Positions 32,720 to 43,354 are shown, counted from the first letter of the stretch. The stretch is 64,000 nucleotides of DNA from Minisyncoccota bacterium (GCA_041663045.1 JBAZRH010000002.1:7179-71178), one strand, 5' to 3'. Notes: generated by a model not told the origin, from the letters alone. Numbers and translations: made by a program.

Positions 32720-33112
32720 TTATTTTGTTTTAGCAATTTTCTTTGGCTTTTCTTCTACTTTTTTGCCTTTCTTTGGCATATTGTCTATTGTGTCTAATTT
32801 TATGAAAACGTGACTTGTTCTCTTGTTTATAGGATATGCCATACCCCTTGCTCTTGGCATTCTCCTTTTCAAGGTGGCACCAGCATCTACTCTAAATTCT
32901 TTTACAAAAAGTTTGTCTGCATCAATACTAAAATTGTTTTTTGCGTTGGCAATAGCGGAATCAAGTAAATCAGCAAGGGGTTTAGATGCTCTCTTTATGA
33001 GAAGTCTGAGATTATTTCTCGCATCATCGACTGTCTTACCAACAATAAGCGAGGCTACCAACCTTACCTTTCTCGGTGACTGTCTATAATCATTTAGTCT
33101 TGCTGTTATCAT
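32720..33112 (-). CDS. rplV: 50S ribosomal protein L22
   Basis: MITARLNDYRQSPRKVRLVASLIVGKTVDDA. Confidence 0.85.
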   Translation of the reverse strand: MITARLNDYRQSPRKVRLVASLIVGKTVDDARNNLRLLIKRASKPLADLLDSAIANAKNNFSIDADKLFVKEFRVDAGATLKRRMPRARGMAYPINKRTSHVFIKLDTIDNMPKKGKKVEEKPKKIAKTK

Positions 33113-33117
33113 GGTGA

Positions 33118-33468
33118 TTATTTTTTGACTGGCTTAGCTTCTGTTGTGGCTTTGGCTGCCTGTGCTGCTGAAACTTCGGCTTCTTTGGCTTTCATATCAA
33201 GTTCCTTCTGCATCTTACCGCCGTGTCTTGTAAACTTCCTCGTAGGAGAAAATTCACCAAGTCTATGACCTACCATGTCTTCTGTAACAAGAACTTCTGT
33301 ATGTTGTCTGCCATTGTGTACGCCAAAATTAAATCCAACCATTTCAGGTGAGATCTGACTTCTTCTTGACCATGTTTTAATAACCCCTGTCTCCACGGGT
33401 TTCTTTCCTGCGATTTTCTTCAATAGATTTTCATCTACGTAAGGTCCTTTCTTTAGTGATCTCGCCAT
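33118..33468 (-). CDS. rpsS: 30S ribosomal protein S19 (C-terminally extended)
   Basis: [18 protein letters not shown]...[13 protein letters not shown]. The L2/L23/L4/L3/S10 genes expected upstream are absent. Confidence 0.85.
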   Translation of the reverse strand: MARSLKKGPYVDENLLKKIAGKKPVETGVIKTWSRRSQISPEMVGFNFGVHNGRQHTEVLVTEDMVGHRLGEFSPTRKFTRHGGKMQKELDMKAKEAEVSAAQAAKATTEAKPVKK

Positions 33469-33722
33469 TTTTTTATATAATCAAAACAAATAAGCTCTCC
33501 TGAGCTCGAGCCTGTATACTAGCAAAAACAAAAATAAAGTCAACTGGCGAAAAGTTGGCTTAATTTATATATAATAAATCTTGATTAGAGATTAAGATTT
33601 TAATATTTTATGTTACTGACGAAACCCATAATCAAAAAGCTTACTAAAATAAAGACAACAAAGGTGATGAGAAATTTTAGAAAAGTATTATTAAACATAT
33701 TGTTTACTCGTTAATTATAACA

Positions 33723-35276
33723 TTATTCAATATCATAAAAAACTTTTGCCAACACCTTTACACCCCAGACTGGCAAACCAAAAAACTTCCTCCAAAAACC
33801 ACCGGTTGAGCTCGCTTCGTCAAAAGTAGACACCGCCTCGGCAACAGAAGCCACTTGGATATTCTTTATTGAAGGAATGTCCCCGTCCGGCTTAGATGGT
33901 GATTTAGGCCCTGTATTGATATCTTTATTAACAGCCATTTGAGATGCAAAAACTCTCTTAAACTCTGTAATAAAATCATCCGCTTGTGCTTTTGTTATTT
34001 CAACGTCATCAGACTTGGTCTTAGTATCAATCGATATTTGTGATGAGGTTGCAACCGTAATCGATGAACTAATTTTAGAGATTAAGGAGCCAGATGGATC
34101 AAAAAGTGATATAACAATATTTCCAGAATCCACTCTTGAATAATCTTTTGAAATTACCACCTCCTTCCCTGCTCCTATAATAGTATCTTCTGGTATTTCA
34201 AAACTTCCCGAATCTCCGCGTACCTTCCAGTCACCAAGATTTATCTCTGTCTTGCCCATATTTGAAAATCTTAAATCACCAGATGGGAGATAAGAAAAGG
34301 CGATTTCTGGTCTTAATATCTTAACAACCGTCCTAGAAACAGAATTCCTTGTCCCACAAGAGCCGTTTAAGACAATATTATATTCACCGGGGTATATATA
34401 TGTATGATTCACTTCTGAACCAATATTTTTGGTCCCATCTCCGAAAGACCAAGAAAAGGTTGGCGTTCCACATTCTGAGACTTTAGAAGTCTTATATTTT
34501 GCCAAGAATTTTATAGGCGTACCGACATAGGACACTCTTTCTCTGCCTGCTGAAATATCGAATGTTGAATTTTCTTCATAATCACTCAATTCTTCTGGAC
34601 TTGAATGTACAGAAACATATCTTATAGCGGTCTTTGTGATTGTTTGTGTACTCTGATTTGTATTGCTTGTGCTCGTCGAAGTCTCTTTTTCAGTATTCTC
34701 TGTTGTAGTTGCAACATTTTCTGTGGTAGTAGCGTTTTCAGAAGCAGTATTTTCTGCGCCAGGAGTCGGGATAGCAGAAATCCATACGCCATTAACCTTT
34801 TGCAATGATTTACCGTCTCCTTTCGCCCCAATAGAGATATCATAATTTACAGAATCCACTATTGTCCCCGCTTCATTTTTCAACGACAATAACTCGCCTT
34901 CATTGCTAAGAGAAAAAGTACTATCAAAAAGTAAACCGTTATAATCTGGAAAGTTAGTTCTAAATTTTGAAGGATTATCCGCAATAACAGCATAACCTAT
35001 AGAACCTAAAATACTGTTGCCGTCTGAAGCAATTACTCCGTGATTAGTATTAGCCTCAGAAAGTTTAACTTTTGTAATATCTAAGTCCTCATTACTAGAG
35101 TTAAATACTTCTATCCATTCTCTGTCTGTATCTGACCCATCTACATCATACATAATTTCATTAATTTGAAGAGTGGCCGACACATGTCGGGCAAATGAAA
35201 AACCAGTCAATATTAAAATCATAATAATGAAGAATCTACTATATCTTTTGGGCATAATTGAGAAACATTTTACCAC
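33723..35276 (-). CDS. Secreted lamin-tail-domain (LTD) protein
   Basis: Signal anchor, then LQINEIMYDVDGSDTDREWIEVFNSSNEDLDI (LTD signature), a T/S/N-rich linker, and a beta-rich C-terminal domain. Confidence 0.65.
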   Translation of the reverse strand: MVKCFSIMPKRYSRFFIIMILILTGFSFARHVSATLQINEIMYDVDGSDTDREWIEVFNSSNEDLDITKVKLSEANTNHGVIASDGNSILGSIGYAVIADNPSKFRTNFPDYNGLLFDSTFSLSNEGELLSLKNEAGTIVDSVNYDISIGAKGDGKSLQKVNGVWISAIPTPGAENTASENATTTENVATTTENTEKETSTSTSNTNQSTQTITKTAIRYVSVHSSPEELSDYEENSTFDISAGRERVSYVGTPIKFLAKYKTSKVSECGTPTFSWSFGDGTKNIGSEVNHTYIYPGEYNIVLNGSCGTRNSVSRTVVKILRPEIAFSYLPSGDLRFSNMGKTEINLGDWKVRGDSGSFEIPEDTIIGAGKEVVISKDYSRVDSGNIVISLFDPSGSLISKISSSITVATSSQISIDTKTKSDDVEITKAQADDFITEFKRVFASQMAVNKDINTGPKSPSKPDGDIPSIKNIQVASVAEAVSTFDEASSTGGFWRKFFGLPVWGVKVLAKVFYDIE

Positions 35277-35367
35277 TCTATTCTATCGACTCGCAAACTG
35301 TGGATAACTTTTGCAAAGATTCTATTTCGAGAAAGTGTTTTATATAAAATCCTCACAAAATAAAACC

Positions 35368-35395
35368 TCCGGTTTACGCACGGAGGCTCTATTAT
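35368..35395 (-). terminator. Intrinsic terminator after 35429..35818 (cctccg gtttacgca cggagg then U-run on minus)
   Basis: 6-bp GC stem followed by ttttatttt on the minus strand. Confidence 0.45.
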
Positions 35396-35428
35396 TAAAG
35401 TTAAATACAGGTCGGCTAGTTATATTGA

Positions 35429-35818
35429 TTAGTCGATAAGTAATTTGTTTGTAAGAAGCTTCATAAGAGCCACCGCATTCTTCTGTGCCACCTTGCTGTC
35501 TTTGCTCCCTACGAAAGAATTCCATTGTGCTATAACTTCAGCGTCTTTAATCTGTCTTACATCGTTCTCTAGTTGAACACGATCATCATAAGAGATCTGT
35601 TGGCCTTCATTTGTGTTCAAAACAATGTCCACAAAGAGCTTAAGAAAACGGGACACCTGAATATTAGTACCGATTTTATCTTCTTTCTGTACCTGTTGCT
35701 GTTTAAGATTCTCTGTATATTGAATACTGAAAAAAATGTTCCCAGATACCAAGACTAACATGAGAAAGTTTGAGACTAAACGTGTTCTATCTAGAACACC
35801 TGACTGAAGCGTTATCAT
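35429..35818 (-). CDS. Hypothetical small membrane protein
   Basis: 129 aa with an N-terminal TM helix. No known domain. Confidence 0.4.
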   Translation of the reverse strand: MITLQSGVLDRTRLVSNFLMLVLVSGNIFFSIQYTENLKQQQVQKEDKIGTNIQVSRFLKLFVDIVLNTNEGQQISYDDRVQLENDVRQIKDAEVIAQWNSFVGSKDSKVAQKNAVALMKLLTNKLLID

Positions 35819-35864
35819 ATATTTAATAATAATTAATAATTTATAAATGTATTATATCACAATA

Positions 35865-37724
35865 CTACAAACCAAACCACCCTCGCACCCTCGACAACCA
35901 AGGTGTTACAGTTGGGGTTGTTTGTCTTAATACTGGTGCCTTTACTTCTATTATAAGGGTAAGGGGTGAAGCCGATGTTGTTATAATATTTCTACCTGGA
36001 ACTCCGGAAACAAAATTTGCCCTCACATAAGGTCCGTCTTGTGTGAATTTAATAATCTTATCATTCCAAACGGCTGTTACCTCGCCTTTTTTAGTAGGTA
36101 CAAGGGAAATTGTTACGGGAGTACCTGAAGCAATTCTAAAATTCTCATAGAGCTTTCTGTTTGAATCACTTGAAAGCGTTGCTCTCAATGTTGTACTTCC
36201 TGTTGTTAATATAAATAATCCTTCTGGCGGAATTCCTTGTGGCATAGGTAAAGATTTAGGATTTATACCTATTGATACAAGATCTTGTTCTCTGGAAATA
36301 CCAACCGATGCCAAATAATCTTTTAATTTAGGAAACTTATCTAATGTGCTTTTCAGTGGTTCGGGAAGAGGAGAGAAAAGGAATGTGGTTATTTGGGGAA
36401 TAAATGTGAAGGCACCTTTTCCTTTACCACTAAATACTGGTAAGTCTGGAAGTCTAAGAGATTGAGGGATCGTTACCGGCAAAGAGACTGTATTTATCGG
36501 TGCTAAAGGAACTGGTATATTTGGACTTTCTGTTGTGGTTGCTATAAATGGTATGGAAGGTTTTGGATCTACCTTCTTTCCGCCACTATTTATATACACC
36601 ACCCCTGAAAAACCACAATTTGCAGTATTGCTTGGGTCATATTTACCAGAACATACGGCTATTTTCCAACTTGCTCCAAGGACTTTTGGAAGATCTGCAT
36701 CTGAAGCAAAGTGTTTCAGATTAGCTACTGTACTACTACCAAAACCAATGGGTTGGGCATACTCTTCTCCGTAGCCTCCATTAATTAAATATACAAATGT
36801 ATCTGTGGAAGTAGAAATCGGCTCCCAATTTATATTATAATCATTACCTGTAGTCCATTGATCACCGCCCGTTGGATCATAAACAGTAATAACCGGAGCT
36901 AGCTCATCTGGATTCTCACTCTTGAGAGGAGTTCTCTCTATAGTATCTGTAAGTAAAGAACATCCTGGATCCCCTCCAACAGCAGAATAGTCTGTGATGC
37001 CATTACTATCATCATCTATACCATTATTACATTGCGGGCGGTCAGATTGATGTCTCCAGTTTGTAGATACTTTATAATCAACACCTCCACCATTTGCAGA
37101 ATTGAGAGAAATCCAGCCGACATTTTCTCCATAAGCATAACCTGTAAAATCCCCGCTTGAATCTATTGTAACTCCGTATGGTCTTGAACCTAAAGTTGAT
37201 GTACCAAAATCTATCCAGCCGACATTTTCTCCCCAAGCATATCCAGAAAGCCGACCCTCGCCATCATTGGCAACACCGTATTCATCACTTGTACAAGTCT
37301 GTTCATCATTATGACAATTTAGAGAAATCCAACCTATATTTTCTCCATAGACCCAACCCCAGAGACCGTCATCAGCAACATAAATACTACCGCCTGTTGG
37401 AGCAAAATCTATCCAGCCGACATTTTCTCCCCAAGCATAGTGTACTGCCGAGGAGGTGGTTGAAACTGTCCAGTTATTACCAGGAAGTCTTGCTCTTTCT
37501 GCCTCTACGGAATAGAAGATTGTAGCTACACCAAAAAAACGTTTAAGTGAATCACGAAAAGAATAGGCAACAGAAAATAAAATAACAATAGCAATAAAAG
37601 TCAACAAGATTCTAATTAAGGTTGGCTTGTTATTTTCTGGATCCATAATTGAGATAATTATACCATCCAATATCAAAGGAAAGCAAATATATTGAAAACT
37701 GTGGATAATAAAAGACCACCCCAT
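35865..37724 (-). CDS. Membrane-anchored protein with four tandem G(Y/W)x(Y/W)GENVGWI(S/D)(L/F) repeats and a large beta-rich C-terminal domain
   Basis: The repeats are YAWGENVGWIDF, WVYGENIGWISLN, GYAWGENVGWIDFG and GYAYGENVGWISLN. A TM helix is LIRILLTFIAIVILFSVAY. The true start may be the internal MDPENNK. Confidence 0.5.
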   Translation of the reverse strand: MGWSFIIHSFQYICFPLILDGIIISIMDPENNKPTLIRILLTFIAIVILFSVAYSFRDSLKRFFGVATIFYSVEAERARLPGNNWTVSTTSSAVHYAWGENVGWIDFAPTGGSIYVADDGLWGWVYGENIGWISLNCHNDEQTCTSDEYGVANDGEGRLSGYAWGENVGWIDFGTSTLGSRPYGVTIDSSGDFTGYAYGENVGWISLNSANGGGVDYKVSTNWRHQSDRPQCNNGIDDDSNGITDYSAVGGDPGCSLLTDTIERTPLKSENPDELAPVITVYDPTGGDQWTTGNDYNINWEPISTSTDTFVYLINGGYGEEYAQPIGFGSSTVANLKHFASDADLPKVLGASWKIAVCSGKYDPSNTANCGFSGVVYINSGGKKVDPKPSIPFIATTTESPNIPVPLAPINTVSLPVTIPQSLRLPDLPVFSGKGKGAFTFIPQITTFLFSPLPEPLKSTLDKFPKLKDYLASVGISREQDLVSIGINPKSLPMPQGIPPEGLFILTTGSTTLRATLSSDSNRKLYENFRIASGTPVTISLVPTKKGEVTAVWNDKIIKFTQDGPYVRANFVSGVPGRNIITTSASPLTLIIEVKAPVLRQTTPTVTPWLSRVRGWFGL

Positions 37725-37745
37725 GGGGTGGTCTTTTATTATCCA
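37705..37745. other. 20-bp perfect inverted repeat (ggataataaaagaccacccc atg gggtggtcttttattatcc) overlapping the 5' end of 35865..37724 and a TGTGGATAA box
   Basis: Direct palindrome visible in the sequence; probable bidirectional terminator or operator. Confidence 0.5.
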
Positions 37746-37774
37746 TATATTATGAATAAAACTACGCTAAATTA

Positions 37775-37805
37775 GACAAAGAAAAAATCCGCCTTTCGGC
37801 GGATT
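37775..37805 (-). terminator. Intrinsic terminator after the 1235-aa surface protein gene (aaaaaatccgcc tttc ggcggatttttt)
   Basis: 7-bp stem flanked by A and T runs; bidirectional. Confidence 0.6.
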
Positions 37806-37869
37806 TTTTCTTAACCTATTCTTCTATAGCGAATTCCTATAGATAGAACCACAAGAGGTTTTGTTAATT

Positions 37870-40800
37870 TTAGTTTGAGATGAAAGAAGTGTCTGTGGTT
37901 GAGTATGAAGGAATATATGTTCCTACACCTGTAGTGACATCTCCTTCTACATCATCCCATAGGAAGCTTGCGGCAGCACCGAGTTGTGTTGTAACAGCGT
38001 CTGTTCCAACACCAGCTGTAGCTCCGGTGATTGTAGCAAGAAGTCTAAAGGTCTTAGATGATGAAAGAACAAATCCTCCATCGTTAAGAACTATAGTTCC
38101 TGTTCCGTCAGCGTTCATGGCAGCAGTTGTTGAACCTACTTCTGTACTACCATCGTAGATTTGAACTGCTGTTGTTGTTGCTGTTGCACCGTATGAAAGC
38201 TTGATAGGAATTTCACGAATTCTTACAGGGCTTCCTGATACTGTGAATGCAACTCTTGCAATCTCAGTTGAACCGTTAGCCAAAGCGCTTGAGCTATCAA
38301 CAATATCAATTGTAGGAACACCGGCAACAGGATACATAGCGTTTGAAGAAACGGATACGTTGCTTGTTGTTTCAGTATTACCTGACTGATATTTGACTGT
38401 ACCAAGTTTTAGGATAGCTGATACGTTTGAAGGTATACCATTGTTACCAACTGTGTTGTAAGCAACTGTAACTGGAACATCTGTACCAGCATTTGTAACT
38501 GGAACATTAATGTTTAGACCAGAAACTGTTGTTGTAGCACTGAGGGCAACTGACTTTGTAACTCCACCAACTGTAATCGAAGTGATTGCAGGTGAAGCGG
38601 CTGGGTTCATAACGAAGCTCAACTCCTTGATTGTAGCAGCGCCAACTGTAGCCTTAAAGTTAAAGGTTGCAATTGAACTACCTGTTGTACCACCAAGAAC
38701 ATATCTAGCTGAAGGTGATGTAGCAACACGTGTTGGTGCACCTAGTGTACCTGATCCTACTGTAAGAGTCTGACCTCCTACAACTCCTGATGAAGCGTCC
38801 ACATTGCTTGTAACTCCAGCGGCAACGACTTCCAAAGCTGCTGCCAATGTGTTTGTTGTGCTATGTGTACCGTTTGTAGCTGCAGAAATAATAGCTGTAG
38901 CTGAGTTTGTAGTATCTGATGTAACTGTGACTGCTGTTGTAGCGTCAACTGCTGTTACGAGAGCTGCAACTGTTGCGTTAGCATTGATTGCGGCTGTCAA
39001 ACCGGCAGTAACATCTGCAACTGTAGCTGCAGCAGCTGTATAGCTAACTGAAGTACCAGCGACTGTTACTGTGAATACATCTCCTACTTCAACGTTTGCT
39101 GGTGTGACTGAAGCAATTTGTGCGACAGGAGCAATACCACCAACCAAAGTTGCATTGTTAGCTGAAACTGTACCCAAATGACCTGATTCTGAAGCGACCA
39201 AAGTATAGCTGTTTGCAGCTGTTCCTGCTGTTATCGCTGTAAGAAGGATAAGATCATTGGTTGTAGTTGCGGCTGTTACATAACTGCTTCCTGCATTTAT
39301 GTAAGTAACCAAAGCTGCAATCGATGTTGTTGCTGTTGTTGAAGCAACTGATGAAGTATATGTGAAGTTTTGACCCTGAACGTTTACAGAAACAGTATCA
39401 CCGATATCCAAATATCCTGTTGTGAATGTAACTGTACCCGTAGCTGCTCTACCAGCTGAAGATGGGGTCGATGTTGCTGTAACCAATGTCTGTGTATCAG
39501 CAGCATTTGCGACTGAAGCAATAGCGCCTACATCGGCATAGACATCAACTGTCTTTGAACCGTTGGCTGCGATTGTAAAGTCTGTTCCAAATGTTGTTGA
39601 AGCTTGAGGTGTAACTGTCTGTGAACTCTCAGAAATTCTCAAGTTTGACAAAGCGGTTGTAGGCATTGTACCTGACAAACCAACCTTTACACTTGTAACT
39701 CTAACGGCTTCTGAAGAATTTGATGACAAGATGAATGAACCAACTTTAACTGCATTTGTATTAGCAGTAAGAGTCTGGTTTGAATATCCTGCATTCTTAG
39801 AAACTGTCAATGTTCCACCAACAACTGTCATTGTAGGACCAACAAGAGCTGTTGTAGGGTATGAAGTCAATGCGGATGAATATGAACCCTGAGTGTTATT
39901 TGTATAGCTACTCAAAGTAACATAAACCGTAGAACTTGTAGCAATGCTTGTGCCTGCTGAGTTCTTTAGATCTCCTCTAACCTCAAGAGTTGTTGTCTGA
40001 CCTGCGTTGATTATCAATGATGAACCAAGGCTGAACAAAGTTGCTGAAGTTGATGCAACGTTCTGTGTGCTTGAAATTGAAGCACCGTTTGCATAAATCG
40101 CGACGTTTGTTAAATCTTGAGTTGAAGCAACGTTAAGGTAAGAAACTTTCATATTCTCACCAAAAGCTTTTGCTGTGTATCTTGCCAATGTAACACCTGT
40201 TGAACCGTAGACAACGTTTCCGGCTGACAATGTTGTGTCAAGTGACATAGACAATGTACCAGCTGAAATTGTTATTGTGTTGGTTGTAGGAAGTGTTCCC
40301 AAAGCAGCGATTCCAACATTGTAGTTTGAATCTATGATTGAGATATCGGCAACGTTCTGCATTGAAACGCTGAATGTTCTGTTTGAACCATTTACAACGT
40401 CTGCTCTGATTTCAAGACTTCTATTGCTATCAATCTTGTAAGGTGCTGATGTTAGATCAAAAGTGATCATACCATTTGCATCTATACCAGAAGCTGAAGC
40501 AACTTGTATTCCTGAAACGAACAATTTTATGTTTTGTAGTGAATCTGCAGGAACTGAACCGATTACCTTAACAGCTAAGCTTCTAAGATAAACTGCTTTT
40601 CCTGAGAGTGAGAATGATGAACCCCAGATTGTTTGACCCAATGTTCCAGCTTGTACTGATGTAGAAACTGAAGTTGAAGCCAAAGTAACTGTGGAAATAT
40701 CAGATGCAGTGAAAATGTTCATTGAAGCACCTGCGATTGGGTATGAAGCTGAAACAGCTACATTACCAGCTGTAACTCCTGAAAGAGCTACTGCAACCAA

Positions 40801-41577
40801 TTGTCCTGATGTACCAGTTAGAATATTTGATCTAACTGAAATTGTCTTTGAAGTACCAGGGGCAACTGTGAACAAACCTGCACCTGAATTGAATGAAATC
40901 TTACCAGATGAAACTGTGGCTGAATCTGTCAATCTAACAGCTCCTTCAAACAAATAAACATTTGAAAGTGTTGTATCGGCTGAAACGCCAAGTCTCTGTA
41001 GAGTTACATTTGTAACAACGGCTGGTGCAGCTGAGTTGTTTCTAAATGTGTACTCGGCAAGATTTGCTGCAGCTTGTCCGGCAACTATTGAACCAGCAGC
41101 TGGTGATGTGGCAGCCAATGTGACTGACAAATCTGTTCCAGATGGGATAGTTGTTGTGGTTGTGGTTGTCGTAACAGAAGCATTCAATACTGCTCTTGTC
41201 TTAGGACCAACATAACCAGCTGGGGGTGTAATACCCTTTGACAACTGATACTGAATGACGGCGGCTTTGGTCAATGAACCAAAGTAACCTGTTGCTGGAG
41301 AAACTCCGAGCAAGTTCTGCAATGCTGTGACATCTGCACCTCTGCTTCCGACTGTAAGGTCCTTAGCAAATGTGTAAGATGATGAAGCTGGAGCTGAAAC
41401 TGCATTCAATGCAGCTGTAGCAGCGGCGGCTTTGTCAGGAGCGATAACTCCGGCTGCGATAAGCAACTGAAGCATCTCTTGAGCTGTCAAAGCTGAAGCT
41501 GATGTAGCACCAACCAATGATAGAACCATTGTCAAAGCGACAATGCCTGCTACCAATTTTGATTTTGTAATTATCAT
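37870..41577 (-). CDS. Giant cell-surface protein: signal peptide, peptidoglycan-binding (PG_binding_1-like) domain, long T/S/A/V-rich Ig-like repeat array (S-layer-like)
   Basis: N-terminal MIITKSKLVAGIVALTMVLSLVGATSASA. The PG-binding motif is GSRGADVTALQNLL..GYFGSLTKAAVIQYQ..GYVGPKT. The remaining about 1100 aa are a low-complexity beta-repeat. Confidence 0.6.
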   Translation of the reverse strand: MIITKSKLVAGIVALTMVLSLVGATSASALTAQEMLQLLIAAGVIAPDKAAAATAALNAVSAPASSSYTFAKDLTVGSRGADVTALQNLLGVSPATGYFGSLTKAAVIQYQLSKGITPPAGYVGPKTRAVLNASVTTTTTTTTIPSGTDLSVTLAATSPAAGSIVAGQAAANLAEYTFRNNSAAPAVVTNVTLQRLGVSADTTLSNVYLFEGAVRLTDSATVSSGKISFNSGAGLFTVAPGTSKTISVRSNILTGTSGQLVAVALSGVTAGNVAVSASYPIAGASMNIFTASDISTVTLASTSVSTSVQAGTLGQTIWGSSFSLSGKAVYLRSLAVKVIGSVPADSLQNIKLFVSGIQVASASGIDANGMITFDLTSAPYKIDSNRSLEIRADVVNGSNRTFSVSMQNVADISIIDSNYNVGIAALGTLPTTNTITISAGTLSMSLDTTLSAGNVVYGSTGVTLARYTAKAFGENMKVSYLNVASTQDLTNVAIYANGASISSTQNVASTSATLFSLGSSLIINAGQTTTLEVRGDLKNSAGTSIATSSTVYVTLSSYTNNTQGSYSSALTSYPTTALVGPTMTVVGGTLTVSKNAGYSNQTLTANTNAVKVGSFILSSNSSEAVRVTSVKVGLSGTMPTTALSNLRISESSQTVTPQASTTFGTDFTIAANGSKTVDVYADVGAIASVANAADTQTLVTATSTPSSAGRAATGTVTFTTGYLDIGDTVSVNVQGQNFTYTSSVASTTATTSIAALVTYINAGSSYVTAATTTNDLILLTAITAGTAANSYTLVASESGHLGTVSANNATLVGGIAPVAQIASVTPANVEVGDVFTVTVAGTSVSYTAAAATVADVTAGLTAAINANATVAALVTAVDATTAVTVTSDTTNSATAIISAATNGTHSTTNTLAAALEVVAAGVTSNVDASSGVVGGQTLTVGSGTLGAPTRVATSPSARYVLGGTTGSSIATFNFKATVGAATIKELSFVMNPAASPAITSITVGGVTKSVALSATTTVSGLNINVPVTNAGTDVPVTVAYNTVGNNGIPSNVSAILKLGTVKYQSGNTETTSNVSVSSNAMYPVAGVPTIDIVDSSSALANGSTEIARVAFTVSGSPVRIREIPIKLSYGATATTTAVQIYDGSTEVGSTTAAMNADGTGTIVLNDGGFVLSSSKTFRLLATITGATAGVGTDAVTTQLGAAASFLWDDVEGDVTTGVGTYIPSYSTTDTSFISN

Positions 41578-42389
41578 AAACTAATTAATTTTTTCAAAAA
41601 AAATCTTTTCCTAAGTTAACTAATAATAAAGGACTGTGTCCTCCGCTAATAATTTGGAAAGAATTATTTCTTGAAGTATCACGTCAATATTATCTGATTT
41701 GATCCGAAGATCTCCGCAGACTAGAAAAAATGTTTCGACTAAAAACAAATCTTCTAAAACTGACGATAGCCTTTGTGCTTCCAGTTTCGGGACTGACCTT
41801 CCCTAAACTCTCTGCTAACATTTGCACCGGCAAAAATGCAAACGACTTTCTTTCTACTATTCCGACTCTTTTATATTTCCACTCACACAACTACCTTGAG
41901 CAGATAGAAGTTTTTTCGTGAATGGCTCGACACAAAAAAGTTGGATTAGTTTGCGTAAACTAAACTGACTTTCTGTAATCCTGAATATTCTGTTGTCAAA
42001 GTTCTCGACCACTGACAACCGAGCTTGAGCGAGCTCGATGAAAGCGTTTCTGAAAATCAGACATCCCTCTCGGGTCGCCTGAGTAAGCTAGCTTTTGAGC
42101 CAACTTACATAAGGTTTAGTATAGCGCTTTTGGCGCCATGCATAAACCTCAAGCTATATTATATATCCTGCTAGAATATCTAGCAAAATTATAGCTGTGG
42201 ATAACTCAAAATGGGCTTTTTCGGCCCGTTTTTGATACATAATCCACAGGGTGCATTGTCGCATATTTGGGGTCAAAATGCAAGAAAGCACAGAACCTCT
42301 CACAAAAATCATCTGATGTATTTCACCTAAGTATGGACAAGGCTTATATTTGGGATGATTTTTGTGGGGGAATCTAAAATATTGATCTT

Positions 42390-43220
42390 CTAGGACAAGT
42401 AATATTTAGACCATCTACGCTCACCCTCTTTCTTTAAGACACCTTTTAAGACTAGGGCCAAAAGTTCTCTCTGAATTGTCTTTTCACTGCAATCTTTTAT
42501 GTTTTGAGCAAAATCCTTTATAGTTAGGTGCAATCCACTCTTTAGCATTGAAACTATAATGTTTTGTCTGTTATCTTTGTCCTTTATATTCTTTTCTGTG
42601 GGACTCTTTTTCATATCGGTCATTTTGTTAAAGACAGAGCTATTATGGTTGTCCTTTATGTCCTTCTGTCCTTTATAAAAATCTCCTGAATTTCCCGCCA
42701 ACCCTTTCTGTCCATCTAATGTCCTGCCCTGATAAGTCTGAGTCGGGATAAAATTATAGTCTCCGTCAAAGAGATTGCTACCAAAAGCAATCTTGGCGGA
42801 GGACATATTCTTGGACGAACTAGATATAAATTCAGCCAGTTTATCAAATTCATTTGTAATAATTACATAATTGACTTCGGAAATCATACTGCTTATTTTT
42901 GTAATATTTAACATTGAAAACATCTCCCCGATTGAGACTAGGATCTCTTTATTAATACCATCTTCACCCCACACCCTATCGGACAATGCTAGGACTTTAA
43001 AAAGAAGGGTGTTCGCTGACTCTCGGAGATTCCATTTTAGAGCTTCCCTATCGGACAAATAATTGGTCAGGAGATAGATACCAGCAACAAGTCTCTCTGT
43101 CTTTTTATATATAAAAAGGCCATAAGAATCATCACCAAAGATTAAACTGGCATCAACCTTTTTTATAGCCGTCTTTTGATTATTTGGATCTATTTGATTA
43201 TTGTTATTTTGATTATCCAT
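42390..43220 (-). CDS. Hypothetical protein with C-terminal winged-helix-like segment
   Basis: 276 aa with an Asn-rich N-terminus; C-terminal EKTIQRELLALVLKGVLKKEGERRWSKY. Confidence 0.4.
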   Translation of the reverse strand: MDNQNNNNQIDPNNQKTAIKKVDASLIFGDDSYGLFIYKKTERLVAGIYLLTNYLSDREALKWNLRESANTLLFKVLALSDRVWGEDGINKEILVSIGEMFSMLNITKISSMISEVNYVIITNEFDKLAEFISSSSKNMSSAKIAFGSNLFDGDYNFIPTQTYQGRTLDGQKGLAGNSGDFYKGQKDIKDNHNSSVFNKMTDMKKSPTEKNIKDKDNRQNIIVSMLKSGLHLTIKDFAQNIKDCSEKTIQRELLALVLKGVLKKEGERRWSKYYLS

Positions 43221-43354
43221 AAAGTTTGGCTGATTACAATGACTTTTAATAAAATGTCCTTAAAACAAAAGTGTCTTTTAAGTAATGTCTCTTAAAAAAT
43301 CTTTAAGGACGAGCAAATATTTGTGTCCATTATATATGGGACAAAAAAAGATGC

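Noticed and set aside
29832-42206. Replication origin (oriC) inferred from perfect DnaA boxes
   Set aside because: The boxes are spread over 13 kb, one per promoter region. There is no AT-rich DUE with clustered boxes and no adjacent dnaA/dnaN. Promoter-associated regulation is the more economical reading.
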